Assembly: GCF_035084215.1 (NCBI RefSeq)
Contig: NW_027139401.1
Location: forward strand, 1-64,000
Origin: Heptranchias perlo
Taxonomy: Eukaryota
DNA: 64,000 nt
Reading direction: 5' to 3'
The translations under genes and the position numbers were made by a program. The notes below the pieces were generated by a model. It was not told the DNA's origin. It did not search any database and was given only the letters and a program-made list of their open reading frames with translations. Shown one piece after another: positions 42,101-54,900 of this stretch (position 1 is the stretch's first letter; every line of letters starts with the position of its first letter).

Positions 42101-42869
42101 AAACACTCCCAGGGTCAGGTACAGGGTTAGATACAGAGTAAAGCTCCCTCTACACTGTCCCGTCAAACACTCCCAGGGCAGGTACAGGGTTAGATCCAGA
42201 GCAAAGCTCCCTCTACACTGTCCCATCAAACACTCCCAGGGCAGGTCCAGGGTTACATACACAGTGAAGCTCCAGCTGCATTGTCCATTCAAATATTCCC
42301 AGGCCAGGTTCTGGGATAGATACAGAGTAAAGCTCCCTCTGCACTGTCTCATCAAATACTCCCAGGGAAGGTCCAGGTTTAGATACAGAGTAATGCTCCC
42401 TCTACACTGTCCCGTCAAACACTCACAGACGAGGGACAGGGTTAGATACAGAGCAAAGCTCCCTCAACACTGTCCCATCAAACACTACCAGGGCAGGTAC
42501 AGGGTTAGATACAGAGTAAAGCTCCCTCTACACTGTCCCATCAAACAATCCCAGGCCAGTTACAGGGTTAGATACAGAGTAATGCTCCCTCTGCACTGTT
42601 CCATAAAACACTCCCAAGACAGGTACAGGGTTAGTTGCAGAGTAAAGCTCCCTCTACACTGTTCCATCAAACACTCCCAAGGCAGGTACAGGGTTAGATA
42701 GAGAGTAAAGCTCCCTCTACATTGTGCACGTCAAAAACTCCCCGGACAGGTGCAGGGTGAGATCCAGAGAAAAACACCCTCAACACTGTCCCATCAAACA
42801 CTCCCAGAGCAGGCACAGGGTTAGATACAGAGTAAAGCTCCCTCTACACTGTCCCATCAAACACTCCCT

Positions 42870-43852
42870 CTAGTGTCCTGGGCCCAACCATCTTCAGCTG
42901 CTTCATCAATGACCTTCCCTCCATCATAAGGTCAGAAATGGGGATGTTTGCTGATGACTGCACAGTGTTCAGTTTCATTCGCAACCCCTCAGATAATGAA
43001 GCAGTCCAAGTCCGCATGCAGCAAGACCTGGACAACGTCCAGGCTTGGGCTGATAAGTGGCAAGTAACATTCGCGCCAGATAAGTGCCAGGCAATGACCA
43101 TCTCCAACAAGAGAGAGTCTAACCACCTCCCCTTGACATTCAACGGCATTACCATCGCCGAATCCCCCACCATCAACATCCTGGGGGTCACCATTGACCA
43201 GAAACTTAACTGGACCAGCCATATAAATACTGTGGCTACGAGAGCAGGTCAGAGGCTGGGTATTCTGCGGCGAGTGACTCACCTCCTGACTCCCCAAAGC
43301 CTTTCCACCATCTACAAGGCACAAGTCAGGAGTGTGATGGAATAATCTCCACTTGCCTGGATGAGTGCAGCTCCAACAACACTCAAGAAGCTCGACACCA
43401 TCCAAGATAAAGCAGCCCGCTAGATTGGCACCCCATCCACCACCCTAAATATTCACTCCCTTCACCACCGGCGCACTGTGGCTGCAGTGTGCACCATCCA
43501 CAGGATGCACTGCAGCAACTCGCCAAGGCTTCTTCGACAGCACCTCCCAAACCCGCGACCTCAACCACCTAGAAGGACAAGGGCAGCAGGCGCATGGGAA
43601 CAACACCACCTGCACGTTCCCCTCCAAGTCACACACCATCCCGACTTGGAAATATATCGCCGTTCCTTCATTGTCGCTGGGTCAAAATCCTGGAATTCCC
43701 TTCCTAACAGCACTGTGGGAGAACCTTCACCACACGGACTGCAGCGGTTCAAGAAGGCGGCTCACCACCACCTTCTCGAGGGCAATTAGGGATGGGCAAT
43801 AAATGCCGGCCTTGCCAGCGACGCCCACATCCCGTGAACGAATAAAAAAAAA
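42870..43852 (+). mobile_element. Family-B LINE copy 4 in the 63-bp satellite
   Basis: SVLGP..FADD..; AATAAA plus poly(A); actccc on both flanks (possible TSD). Confidence 0.94.
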
Positions 43853-46800
43853 CTCCCAAGGCAGGTACAGGGTAAGATCCAGAGTAAAACTCCCTCTACA
43901 CTGTCCCATCAAACACTCCCAGGGCAGGTACAGGGTTCGATACAGAGCAAAGCTCCCTCTACACTGTCCCATCAAACACTCCCAGGGCAGGTACAGGATG
44001 AGATACAGAGGAAAGCTCCCTCCACACTGTCCCATCAAACACTCCCAGCGCAGGTACAGGGTTAGATACAGAGTAAAGCTCCCTCCACACCGTCGCATCA
44101 AACAATCACAGGGCAGGTACAAGGTTAGATACAGAGTAAAGCTCCACCTACACTGTCCCATCAAACAATCCCAGGCCAGGTACAGGGTTCGATACAGAGT
44201 AATGCTCCCTCCACACTGTTCCATCAAACACTTCAAAGGCAGGTACAGGGTTAGATACAGAGTAAAGCTCCCTCTACACTGTCCCATCAAACACTCCCAG
44301 GGCAGGTACAGGTTTAGATACAGAGTAAAGCTCCCTCTACACTGTTCCATCAAACACTCCCAAGGCAGGTAAAGGAATAGATAGAGAGCAAAGCTCCCTC
44401 TGCACTGTACCTTCAATAATTCCCAGGCCAGGTACAGGGTTAGATACAGAGAAAAGCTCCTTCTGCACTGTCCCATCAAACACTCCCAGGGCAGGTACAG
44501 GGTTAGATCCAGAGTAAAACTCCCTCTACACTGTCCCATCAAACACTCCCAGGGCAGATCCAGGATTGGGGACAGAGTAAAGCTCCCTCTACACTGTCCC
44601 ATCAAACACTCCCAGGGCAGGTACAGGGTTAGATGCAGAGTAAAGCTCCCTCTGCACTGTCCCATCAAACACTCCCAGGGCAGGTACAGGGTTAGATAGA
44701 GAGTAAAGGTCCCTCTGCACTGTTCCGTCAAACACTCACAGACGAGGGACAGGGTTGGAGACAGAGCAAAGCTCCCTCTACACTGTCCCATCAAATATTC
44801 CCAGGCCAGGTCCTGGGATCGATACAGAGTAAAGCTCCCTCTGCACTGTCCCATCAAACACTCCCTGGGCAGGTACAGGGTGAGATACAGAGTAAAGCTC
44901 CCTCTACACTGTCCCATCAAATACTCCCAGGGCAGGTACAGGGTGAGATACAGAGTAAAGCTCCCACTACACTGTCCCATCAAACACTCCCAGGGTCAGG
45001 TACAGGGTTAGATACAGAGTAAAGCTCCCTCTACACTGTCCCATCAAACACTCACAGGGCAGGTACAGGGTGAGATACAGAGTAAAGCTCCCTCGACACT
45101 GTCCCATCAAATACTCCCAGGGCAGTTCCAGGTTTAGATATGGAGTAAAGCTCCCTCGACACTGTGTCATCAAACAATCCCAGGCCAGGTACCGGGTTCG
45201 ATACAGAGTAAAGCTCCCTCGACACTATCCCATCAAACACTCCCAGGGCAGGTACAGGGTTAGATACAGAGTAAAGCTCCACCTACACTGTCCCATCAAA
45301 CAATCCCAGGCCAGGTACAGGGTTAGATAGAGAGTAAAGCTCCCTCTACATTGTGCACGTGAAAAACTCCCAGGACAGGTGCAGGGTTAGATCCAGAGAA
45401 AAACACCCTCAACACTGTCCCATCAAACACTCCCAGGGCAGGTACAGGGTTAGATACAGAGTAAAGCTCCCTCTACACTGTCCCATCAAACACTGCCAGG
45501 GCAGGTTCAGGGTTAGATCCAGAGTAAAACTCCCTCCACACTGTCCCATCAAACACTCCCAGGGCAGATCCAGGTTTAAATACAGACGAAAGCTCCCTCC
45601 ACACCCTCCCATCAAACACTCCAAGGGCAGGTACAGGGTTAGACACAGAGTAGAGCTCCCTCTGCACTGTCTCATCAAATACTCCCAGGGCAGGTACAGG
45701 GTTAGATACAGAGTAAAGCTCCCTCTACACTGTCCTATCAAACACTCCCAGGGTAGGTACAGGTTCGATACAGAGTAGAGCTCCCTCTGCACTGTCTCAT
45801 CAAATACTCCCAGGGCAGGTACAGGGTTAGATACAGAGTAAAGCTCCCTCTACACTGTCTCATCAAATATTACCAGGGCAGGTCCAGGTTTAGATACAGA
45901 GTAATGCTCCCTCTGCACTGTCCCGTCAAACACTCACAGACGAGGGACGGGGTTAGATACAGAGTAAAACTCCCTCTACACTGTCCCATCAAATATTCCC
46001 AGGCCAGGTACTGGAATAGATACAGAGTAAAGCTCCCTCAACACTGTCCCATCAAACACTACCAGGGCAGGTCCAGGGTTAGATACAGAGTAAAGCTCCC
46101 TCTACACTGTCCCATAAAACACTCCCAAGACAGCTGCAGGGTTAGTTACAGAGTAAAGCTCCCTCTGCACTGTCCCATCAAACACTCCCAGGGCAGGGAC
46201 AGGGTTAGATAGAGAGTAAAGCTCCCTCTACATTGTCCCATCAAACACTCCCAGGGCAGGTACAGGGTTAGATCCAGAGTAAAACTCCCTCTGCACTGTC
46301 CCATCAAACACTCCCAGAGCAGGCACAGGGTTAGATACAGAGTAAAGTTCCCTCTACACTGTCCCATCAAACACTCCCAGGGCAGGGACAGGGTTAGATC
46401 CAGAGTAAAACTCCCTCTACACTGTCCCATCAAACACTCCCAGGGCAGATCCAGGATTAGGTACCGAGTAAAGCTCCCTCTGCACTGTCCCGTCAAACAC
46501 TCCCAGGGCAGGCACAGGGTTAGATAGAGAGTAAAGCTCCCTCTACATTGTCCCATCAAACACTCCCAGGGCAGGTACAGGGTTAGATACAGAGTAAAGC
46601 TCCCTCTACACTGTCCCATCAAACACTCCCAGGGCAGGTACAGGATGAGATACAGAGGAAAGCTCCCTCTACACTGTCCCATCAAACACTCCCAGGGCAG
46701 GTACAGGGTTAGATACAGAGTAAAGCTCCCTCTACACTGTCCCATCAAACACTCCCAGGGCAGGTACAGGATGAGATACAGAGGAAAGCTCCCTCCACAC

Positions 46801-49306
46801 TGTCCCATCAAACAATCCCAGGGCAGGTACAGGGTTAGATGCAGATTAAAGCTCCCTCTGCACTGTCCCATCAAACACTCCCAGGGCAGGTACAGGGTTA
46901 GATACAGAGTAAAGCTCCCTCTACACTGTCCCATCAAACACTCTCAGGGCAGGTACAGCGTTAGAGACAGAGTAAAGCTCCCTCTACACGGTCCCATAAA
47001 ACACTCCCAGGGCAGCTACAGGGTTAGATATAGAGTAAAGCTCCCTCGACACTGTCCCATCAAATACTCCCAGGGCAGGTACAGGGTGAGATACGGAGTA
47101 AAGCTCCCTCTACACTGTCCCATCAAACACTCACAGGGCAGGTACAGGGTGAGATACAGAGTAAAGCTCCCTCGACACTATCCCATCAAACACTCCCAGT
47201 GCAGGTACAGGGTTAGATGCAGAGTAAAGCTCCACCAACACTGTCCCATCAAACAATCCCAGGCCAGGTACAGGGTTAGATAGAGAGTAAAGCTCCCTCT
47301 GCATTGTGCACGTGAAAAACTCCCAGGACAGGTGCAGGGTTAGATCCAGAGAAAAACACCCTCAACACTGTCCAATCAAACACTCCCAGAGCAGGCACAG
47401 GGTGAGATACAGAGTAAAGCTCCCACTACACTGTCCCATCAAACACTCCCAGGGCAGGGACAGGGTTAGATCCAGAGTAAAACTCCCTCTACACTGTCCC
47501 ATCAAACACTCCCAGGGCAGGTACAGGGTTAGATACAGAGTAAAGCTCCCTCTACACTGTCCCATCAAACACTCCCAGGGCAGGTACAGGATGAGATACA
47601 GAGGAAAGCTCCCTCTACACTGTCCCATCAAACACTCCCAGGGCAGGTACAGGGTTAGATACAGAGTAAAGCTCCCTCCACACTGTCCCATCAAACAATC
47701 CCAGGGCAGGTACAGGGTTAGATGCAGAGTAAAGCTCCCTCTGCACTGTCCCATCAAACACTCCCAGGGCAGGTATAGGGTTAGATACAGAGTAAAGCTC
47801 CCTCTACACTGTCCCATCAAACACTCTCAGGGCAGGTACAGCGTTAGAGACAGAGTAAAGCTCCCTCTACACGGTCCCATAAAACACTCCCAGGGCAGCT
47901 ACAGGGTTAGATATAGAGTAAAGGTCCCTCTGCACTGTTCCGTCAAACACTCACAGACGAGGGACAGGGTTGGATACAGAGCAAAGCTCCCTCTACACTG
48001 TCCCATCAAATATTCCCAGGCCAGGTCCTGGGATCGATACAGCGTAAAGCTCCCTCTGCACTGTCCCATCAAACACTCCCAGGGCAGGTACAGGGTTAGA
48101 TACAGAGTAAAGCTCCCTCGACACTGTCCCATCAAACACTGCCAGGGCAGGTTCAGGGTTAGATCCAGAGTAAAACTCCCTCTACACTGTCCCATCAAAC
48201 ACTCCCAGGGCAGATCCAGGTTTAAATACAGACTAAAGCTCCCTCCACACTGTCCCATCAAACACTCCCAGGGCAGGTACAGGGTTAGATACAGAGTAAA
48301 GCTCCCTCTACACTGTCCCATCAAACACTCCCAGGGTAGGTACAGGTTGGATACAGAGTGGAGCTCCCTCTGCACTGTCCCGTCAAACATTCCCAGGCCA
48401 GGTACAGGGTTAGATACACAGTGAAGCTCCAGCTGCATTGTCCATTCAAATATTCCCAGGCCAGGTTCTGGGATAGATACAGAGTAAAGCTCCCTCTGCA
48501 CTGTCCCATCAAACACTCCCAGGGCAGGTACAGGGTTAGAGACAGAGTAAAGCTCCCTCTGCACTGTCTCATCAAATACTCCCAGGGCAGGTCCAGGTTT
48601 AGATACAGAGTAATGCTCCCTCTACACTGTCCCGCCAAACACTCACAGACGAGGGACAGGGTTAGATACAGAGTAAAACTCCCTCTACACTGTCCCATCA
48701 AATATTCCCAGGCCAGGTACTGGGATAGATACAGAGTAAAGCTCCCTCAACACTGTCCCATCAAACAATCCCAGGCCAGGTACAGGGTTCGATACAGAGT
48801 AATGCTCCCTCTACACTGTTCCATAAAACACTCCCAAGACAGGTACAGGGTTAGTTCCAGAGTAAAGCTCCCTCTGCACTGTTCCATCAAACACTCCCAA
48901 GGCAGGTACAGGGTTAGATAGAGAGTAAAGCTCCCTCTACACTGTCCCATCAAACACTCCCAGGGCTGGTACAGTGTTAGATGCAGAGTAAAGCTCCCTC
49001 CACACTGTCCTATCAAACACTCCCAGGGCTGGTACAGGGTTAGATACAGAGTAAAGCTCCCTCTACACTGCCCGTTATTTATTTTATCTCCATTTTCCCA
49101 CCGCGGCAGGTGTTACAATACCTGGTGTGTTCAATCCCATTGCTTCCCGTACTGACTGGCTTTCTCCCAGTCCATTTCTCCGTCCTCTGCGCTCCTGTCG
49201 GGAGAGGCAGAGATCTCCTCGATATCGCCTTGAGGTACCAACTCAGCAGACGGTCTGGGATCTCCCCTCCCCCTGCCCCGTATCGGTGTGTAAAGTTCAC
49301 ACTCAC

Positions 49307-49597
49307 CTCCCTCGTGGTCTTTACACGGTTGTGATTTGGTGAATTTTACGCTCTCCGAACTGATGGGGTTGCTCACCGTGCAGCTGCAGTCAACGTCGTC
49401 CATCATGCCCAGCGATAATTCCAATCTCGACCCGTTCGCAGAAACATGGCCGAGGTGCCCCTCTGTGGCATTGCTCCCTGTTCCTGTCCAGCTGTAGACA
49501 GCATGGCGATCTCTCTCCGTAAAGCAGAGCAGGGTGAGGATACAGGTCTCAGCGGAGGAGATGTGGATCATATTAACCGTGGGTTCGGATACGGGCT
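49307..49597 (-). CDS. Gene A exon 3: IgC2 domain of CD2/SLAM type
   Basis: Acceptor cttcctcactcccacag|, donor GGAG|gtgagt, phase 1-1, 291 nt. EPVSEP..CILTLLC..VYSW..CSCTVSNPIS..QPC; the junction gives VY-EPVSEP, typical of SLAM/CD2 V-C2 linkers. Confidence 0.93.
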
Positions 49598-49654
49598 CTG
49601 TGGGAGTGAGGAAGATACTGTGAAAAAGGATTGTAAAACTTCCAGAAGGTCCAA

Positions 49655-51585
49655 TCTTCAGACTCCCCTCGGTGAGGGACGGGACCGAGAGGCTCCTGTC
49701 TCCAGACTCCCCTCAGAGAGGGACAGGACCGAGAGGTTCCTGCCTCCAGACTCCCCTGAGAGAGGGACAGGACCGAGAGGCTCCTGCCTCCAGACTCCCC
49801 TCAGAGAGGGACAGGACCGAGAGGCTCCTGCCTCCAGACTCCCCTCAGAGAGGGACGGAACGGGACCGAGAGGCTCCTGTCTCCAGACTCTCCCCTCGGT
49901 GAGGGACGGGGCTGAGAGGCTCCTGTCTCCGGACTCTCCCCTCGGTGAGGGACGGGACCGAGAGGCTCCTGTCTCCGGACTCTCCCCTCGGTGAGGGACG
50001 GGACCGAGAGGCTCCTGTCTCCGGACTCTCCCCTCGGTGAGGGACGGGACCGAGAGGCTCCTGTCTCCGGACTCTCCCCTCGGTGAGGGACGGGACCGAG
50101 AGGCTCCTGTCTCCAGACTCCCCTCAGAGAGGGACAGGACCGAGAGGCTCCTGCCTCCAGACTCCCCTCAGAGAGGGACGGAACGGGACCGAGAGGCTCC
50201 TGTCTCCAGACTCTCCCCTCGGTGAGGGACGGGGCTGAGAGGCTCCTGTCTCCGGACTCTCCCCTCAGTGAGGGACGGGACCGAGAGGCTCCTGTCTCCG
50301 GACTCTCCCCTCGGTGAGGGACGGGACCGAGAGGCTCCTGTCTCCGGACTCTCCCCTCGGTGAGGGACGGGACCGAGAGGCTCCTGTCTCCAGACTCTCC
50401 CCTCGGTGAGGGACGGGACCGAGAGGCTCCCGTCTCCAGACTCTCCCCTCGGTGAGGGACGGGACCGAGAGGCTCCTGTCTCCGGACTCTCCCCTCGGTG
50501 AGGGACGGGACCGAGAGGCTCCTGTCTCCGGACTCTCCCCTCGGTGAGGGACGGGACCGAGAGGCTCCTGTCTCCGGACTCTCCCCTCGGTGAGGGACGG
50601 GACCGAGAGGCTCCTGTCTCCGGACTCTCCCCTCGGTGAGGGACGGGACCGAGAGGCTCCTGTCTCCAGACTCCCCCCTCGGTGAGGGACGGGACCGAGA
50701 GGCTCCTGTCTCCGGACTCCCCCGTCGGCGAGGGACGCGACCGAGAGGCTCCCGTCTCCGGACTCCCCCCTCGGTGAGGGACGGGACCGAGAGGCTCCTG
50801 TCTCCAGACTCTCCCCTCGGTGAGGGACGGGACCGAGAGGCTCCTGTCTCCAGACTCCCCCCTCGGTGAGGGACGGGACCGAGAGGCTCCTGTCTCCAGA
50901 CTCCCCCCTCGGTGAGGGACTGGACCGAGAGGCTCCTGTCTCCAGACTCTCCCCTCGGTGAGGGACGGGACCGAGAGGCTCCTGTCTCCAGACTGCCCCC
51001 TCGGTGAGGGATGGGGCCGAGAGGCTCCTGTCTCCAGACTCCCCCCTCGGTGAGGGACGGGACCGAGAGGCTCCTGTCTCCAGACTCCCCCCTCGGTGAG
51101 GGACGGGACCGAGAGGCTCCTGTCTCCAGACTCCCCCCTCGGTGAGGGACGGGACCGAGAGGCTCCTGTCTCCAGACTCTCCCCTCGGTGAGGGACGGGA
51201 CCGAGAGGCTCCTGTCTCCAGACTCTCCCCTCGGTAAGGGACGGGACCGAGAGGCTCCCGTCTCCAGACTCCCCCCTCGGTGAGGGATGGGGCCGAGAGG
51301 CTCCTGTCTCCAGACTCCCCCCTCGGTGAGGGACGGGACCGAGAGGCTCCTGTCTCCAGACTCCCCCCTCGGTGAGGGACGGGACCGAGAGGCTCCTGTC
51401 TCCAGACTCCCCCCTCGGTGAGGGACAGGACCGTGAGGCTCCTGTCTCCAGACTTCCCACTCGGTGAGGGATGGGGTCAAGGGGCTCCCGTCTCCAGACT
51501 CTCCTCTCAGTGAGGGATGGGGCCGAGAGGCTCCTGTCTCCAGACTCCCCCCTCGGTTAGGGACAGGACCGAGAGGCTCCTGTCC
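49655..51585. repeat. 46-bp GC-rich minisatellite, about 42 copies, filling intron 2
   Basis: Unit cggtgagggacgggaccgagaggctcctgtctccagactctcccct. Confidence 0.97.
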
Positions 51586-51608
51586 CAAATTAAACTGAAT
51601 AAACTCAC

Positions 51609-51950
51609 CGTAAACCCGTAGAGACACAGACCCGGTTCGATCCACCGATGCTGTCACAGTCACGATGTAAATTCCTTCATCCTCCTCCCTCAGTTGATTT
51701 ATCTGCAGAGTGAAATTCTTGTCGATTTTGACCCTTCCTTCAAACTGGGTCCCTTTAAATATCTTAACTTTGTCCTCACTCATGTCATATCGGGCGATGC
51801 CTGTGGGATTTTCTGCCCCAGCGTATTTCCAGATTATTTCTGCATCCTCTGCGATGTTGTCGATCTCCACGGGTAACCACACTGAGTGTCCCAGGCTCCC
51901 ATTCACAGGGGAATCCAGAGTTTTCAATCTCATGTCACCCCGACCGGTAA
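51609..51950 (-). CDS. Gene A exon 2: N-terminal IgV domain of CD2/SLAM type, no B-F disulfide
   Basis: Acceptor tttgtgttttccag|, donor TACG|gtgagt, phase 1-1, 342 nt. Translation has V-set hallmarks VNGSLGHSVWLP, IIWK, FEGRVKI, FTLQINQLREEDEGIYIVTV, SLRVY and no Cys. Confidence 0.93.
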
Positions 51951-51984
51951 CTGGAAAACACAAATGGGCAGACTGAGCCCAACA

Positions 51985-54900
51985 TTCAGGGAGATATCTG
52001 TACACTGACTGGTGTCTCTCAGTCCCCTCTCTCTCAGGGAGATATCTGTACACTGACTGGTGTCTCTCAGTCCCCTCTCTCTCAGGGTGATATCTGTACA
52101 CTGACTGGTGTCTCTCAGTCCCCTCTCTCTCAGGGAGATATCTGTACACTGACTGGTGTCTCTCAGTCCCCTCTCTCTCAGGGAGATATCTGTACACTGA
52201 CTGGTGTCTCTCAGTCCTCTCCCTCAGGGAGATATCTGTACACTGACTGGTGTCTCTCAGTCCCCTCTCTCTCAGGGTGATATCTGTACACTGACTGGTG
52301 TCTCTCAGTCCCTCTCTCTCAGGGTGATATCTGTACACTGACTGGTGACACTCAGTCCCCTCTCTCTCAGGGAGATATCTGTACACTGACTGGTGTCTCC
52401 CAGTTCCTCTCTCTCAGGGTGATATCTGTACACTGACTGGTGTCTCTCAGTCCCCTCTCTCAGGGTGATATCTGTACACTGACTGGTGTCTCCCAGTTCC
52501 TCTCTCTCAGGGAGATATCTGCACACTGACTGGTGTCTCTCAGTCCCCTCTCTCTCAGGGAGATATCTGTACACTGACTGGTGTCTCTCAGTCCCCTCTC
52601 TCTCAGGGAGATATCTGCACACTGACTGGTGTCTCTCAGTCCCTCTCTCTCAGGGAGATATCTGTACACTGACTGGTGTCTCTCACTCCCTCTCTCTCAG
52701 GGTGATATCTGTACACTGACTGGTGTCTCTCAGTCCCCTCTCTCTCAGGGTGATATCTGTACATTGACTGGTGTCTCTCAGTCCTCTCTCTCAGGGAGAT
52801 ATCTATACACTGACTGGTGTCTCTCAGTCCCCTCTCTCTCAGGGAGATATCTGCACACTGACTGGTGTCTCTCAGTCCCTCTCTCTCAGGGAGATATCTG
52901 TACACTGACTGGTGTCTCTCACTCCCTCTCTCTCAGGGTGATATCTGTACACTGACTGGTGTCTCTCAGTCCCCTCTCTCTCAGGGTGATATCTGTACAC
53001 TGACTGGTGTCTCTCAGTCCCCTCTCTCTCAGGGAGATATCTGTACACTGACTGGTGTCTCTCAGTCCCTCTCTCTCAGGGAGATATCTGTACACTGACT
53101 GGTGTCTCTCAGTCCCCTCTCTCTCAGGGAGATATCTGTACACTGACTGGTGTCTCTCAGTCCTCTCTCTCTCAGGGTGATATCTGTACACTGACTGGTG
53201 TCTCTCAGTCCCCTCTCTCAGGGAGATATCTGTACACTGACTGGTGTCTCTCAGTCCTCTCTCTCAGGGAGATATCTGCACACTGACTGGTGTCTCTCAA
53301 TCCCCTCTCTCTCAGGGAGATATCTGTACACTGACTGGTGTCTCTCAGTCCCCTCTCTCTCTCAGGGAGATATCTGTACACTGACTGGTGTCTCTCAGTC
53401 CCCTCTCTCTCAGGGAGATATCTGAAAACTGACTGGTGTCTCTCAGTCCCCTCTCTCTCAGGGAGATATCTGTACACTGACTGGTGTCTCTCAGTCCCCT
53501 CTCTCTCAGGGAGATATCTGTACACTGACTGGTGTCTCTCAGTCCCCTCTCTCTCAGGGAGATATCTGTACACTGACTGGTGTCTCTCAGTCCTCTCTCT
53601 CTCAGGGAGATATCTGTACACTGAATGGTGTCTCTCAGTCCCCCTCTCTCTCAGGGAGATATCTGTACACTGACTGGTGTCTCTCAGTCCTCTCTCTCAG
53701 GGAGATATCTGTACACTGACTGGTGTCTCTCAGTCCCCTCTCACTCAGGGAGATATCTGTACACTGACTGGTGTCTCCCAGTCCCCTCTCTCAGGGAGAT
53801 ATCTGCACACTGACTGGTGTCTCTCAGTCCCCTCTCACTCAGGGAGATATCTGTACACTGACTGGAGTCTCCCAGTCCCCTCTCTCAGGGAGATATCTGG
53901 ACACTGACTGGTGTATCTCAGTCCCCCTCTCTCTCAGGGAGATATCTGGACACTGACTGGTGTCTCTCAGTCCCCTCTCTCTCAGGGAGATATCTGTACA
54001 CTGACTGGTGTCTCTCAGTCCCCTCTCTCAGGGAGATATCTGTACACTGACTGGTGTCTCTCAGTCCTCTCTCTCAGGGAGATATTTGTACACTGACTGG
54101 TGTCTCTCAGGCCCCTCTCTCTCAGGGAGATATCTGTACACTGACTGGTGTCTCTCAGTCCCCTCTCTCTCTCAGGGAGATATCTGTACACTGACTGGTG
54201 TCTCTCAGTCCCCTCTCTCTCAGGGAGATATCTGTACACTGACTCGTGTCTCTCAGTCCCCTCTCTCTCAGGGAGATATCTGTACACTGACTGGTGTCTC
54301 TCAGTCCCCTCTCTCTCAGGGAGATATCTGTGCACTGACTGGTGTCTCTCACTCCCCTCTCTCTCAGGGAGATATCTGTACACTGACTGGTGTCTCTCAG
54401 TCCCCTCTCTCTCAGGGAGATATCTGTACACTGACTGGTGTCTCTCAGTCCCCTCTCTCTCAGGGAGATATCTGTACACTGACTGGTGTCTCTCAGTCCT
54501 CTCTCTCTCAGGGAGATATCTGTACACTGACTGGTGCCTCTCAGTCCCCTCTCTCTCAGGGAGATATCTGTACACTGACTGGTGTCTCTCAGTCCCCTCT
54601 CTCTCAGGGAGATATCTGTACACTGACTGGTGTCTCCCAGTCCCTCTCTCTCAGGGAGATATCTGTACACTGACTGGTGTCTCTCAGTCCCCTCTCTCCC
54701 ATGGTGATATCTGTACACTGACTGGTGTCTCTCAGTTCCCTCTCTCTCAGGGAGATATCTATACACTGACTGGTGTCTCTCAGTTCCCTCTCTCTCAGGG
54801 AGATATCTATACACTGACTGGTGTCTCTCAGTCCCTCTCTCTCAGGGAGATATCTGTACACTGACTGGTGTCTCTCAGTTCCCTCTCTCTCAGGGAGATA

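Larger units (their letters stand above)
28889..49072 (-). repeat. 63-bp satellite array (about 250 diverged units) filling gene A intron 3, interrupted by LINEs
   Basis: Reverse complement of the 15590-17090 unit; partial monomer at 28889-28922, main array from about 29845. Confidence 0.97.

Noticed and set aside
29950-49016. Long ORFs on both strands (MGQCRGSFTLYLTLYLPWECL / RYRVKLPLHCPIKHSQG)
   Set aside because: The 63-bp unit is a multiple of 3; arrays contain scattered stops, frameshifts and LINE insertions and lie in an intron
49801-52386. 861-aa ORF as a single-exon gene
   Set aside because: Only 51609-51950 is a real exon; the flanks are translations of the 46-bp and 48-bp minisatellites
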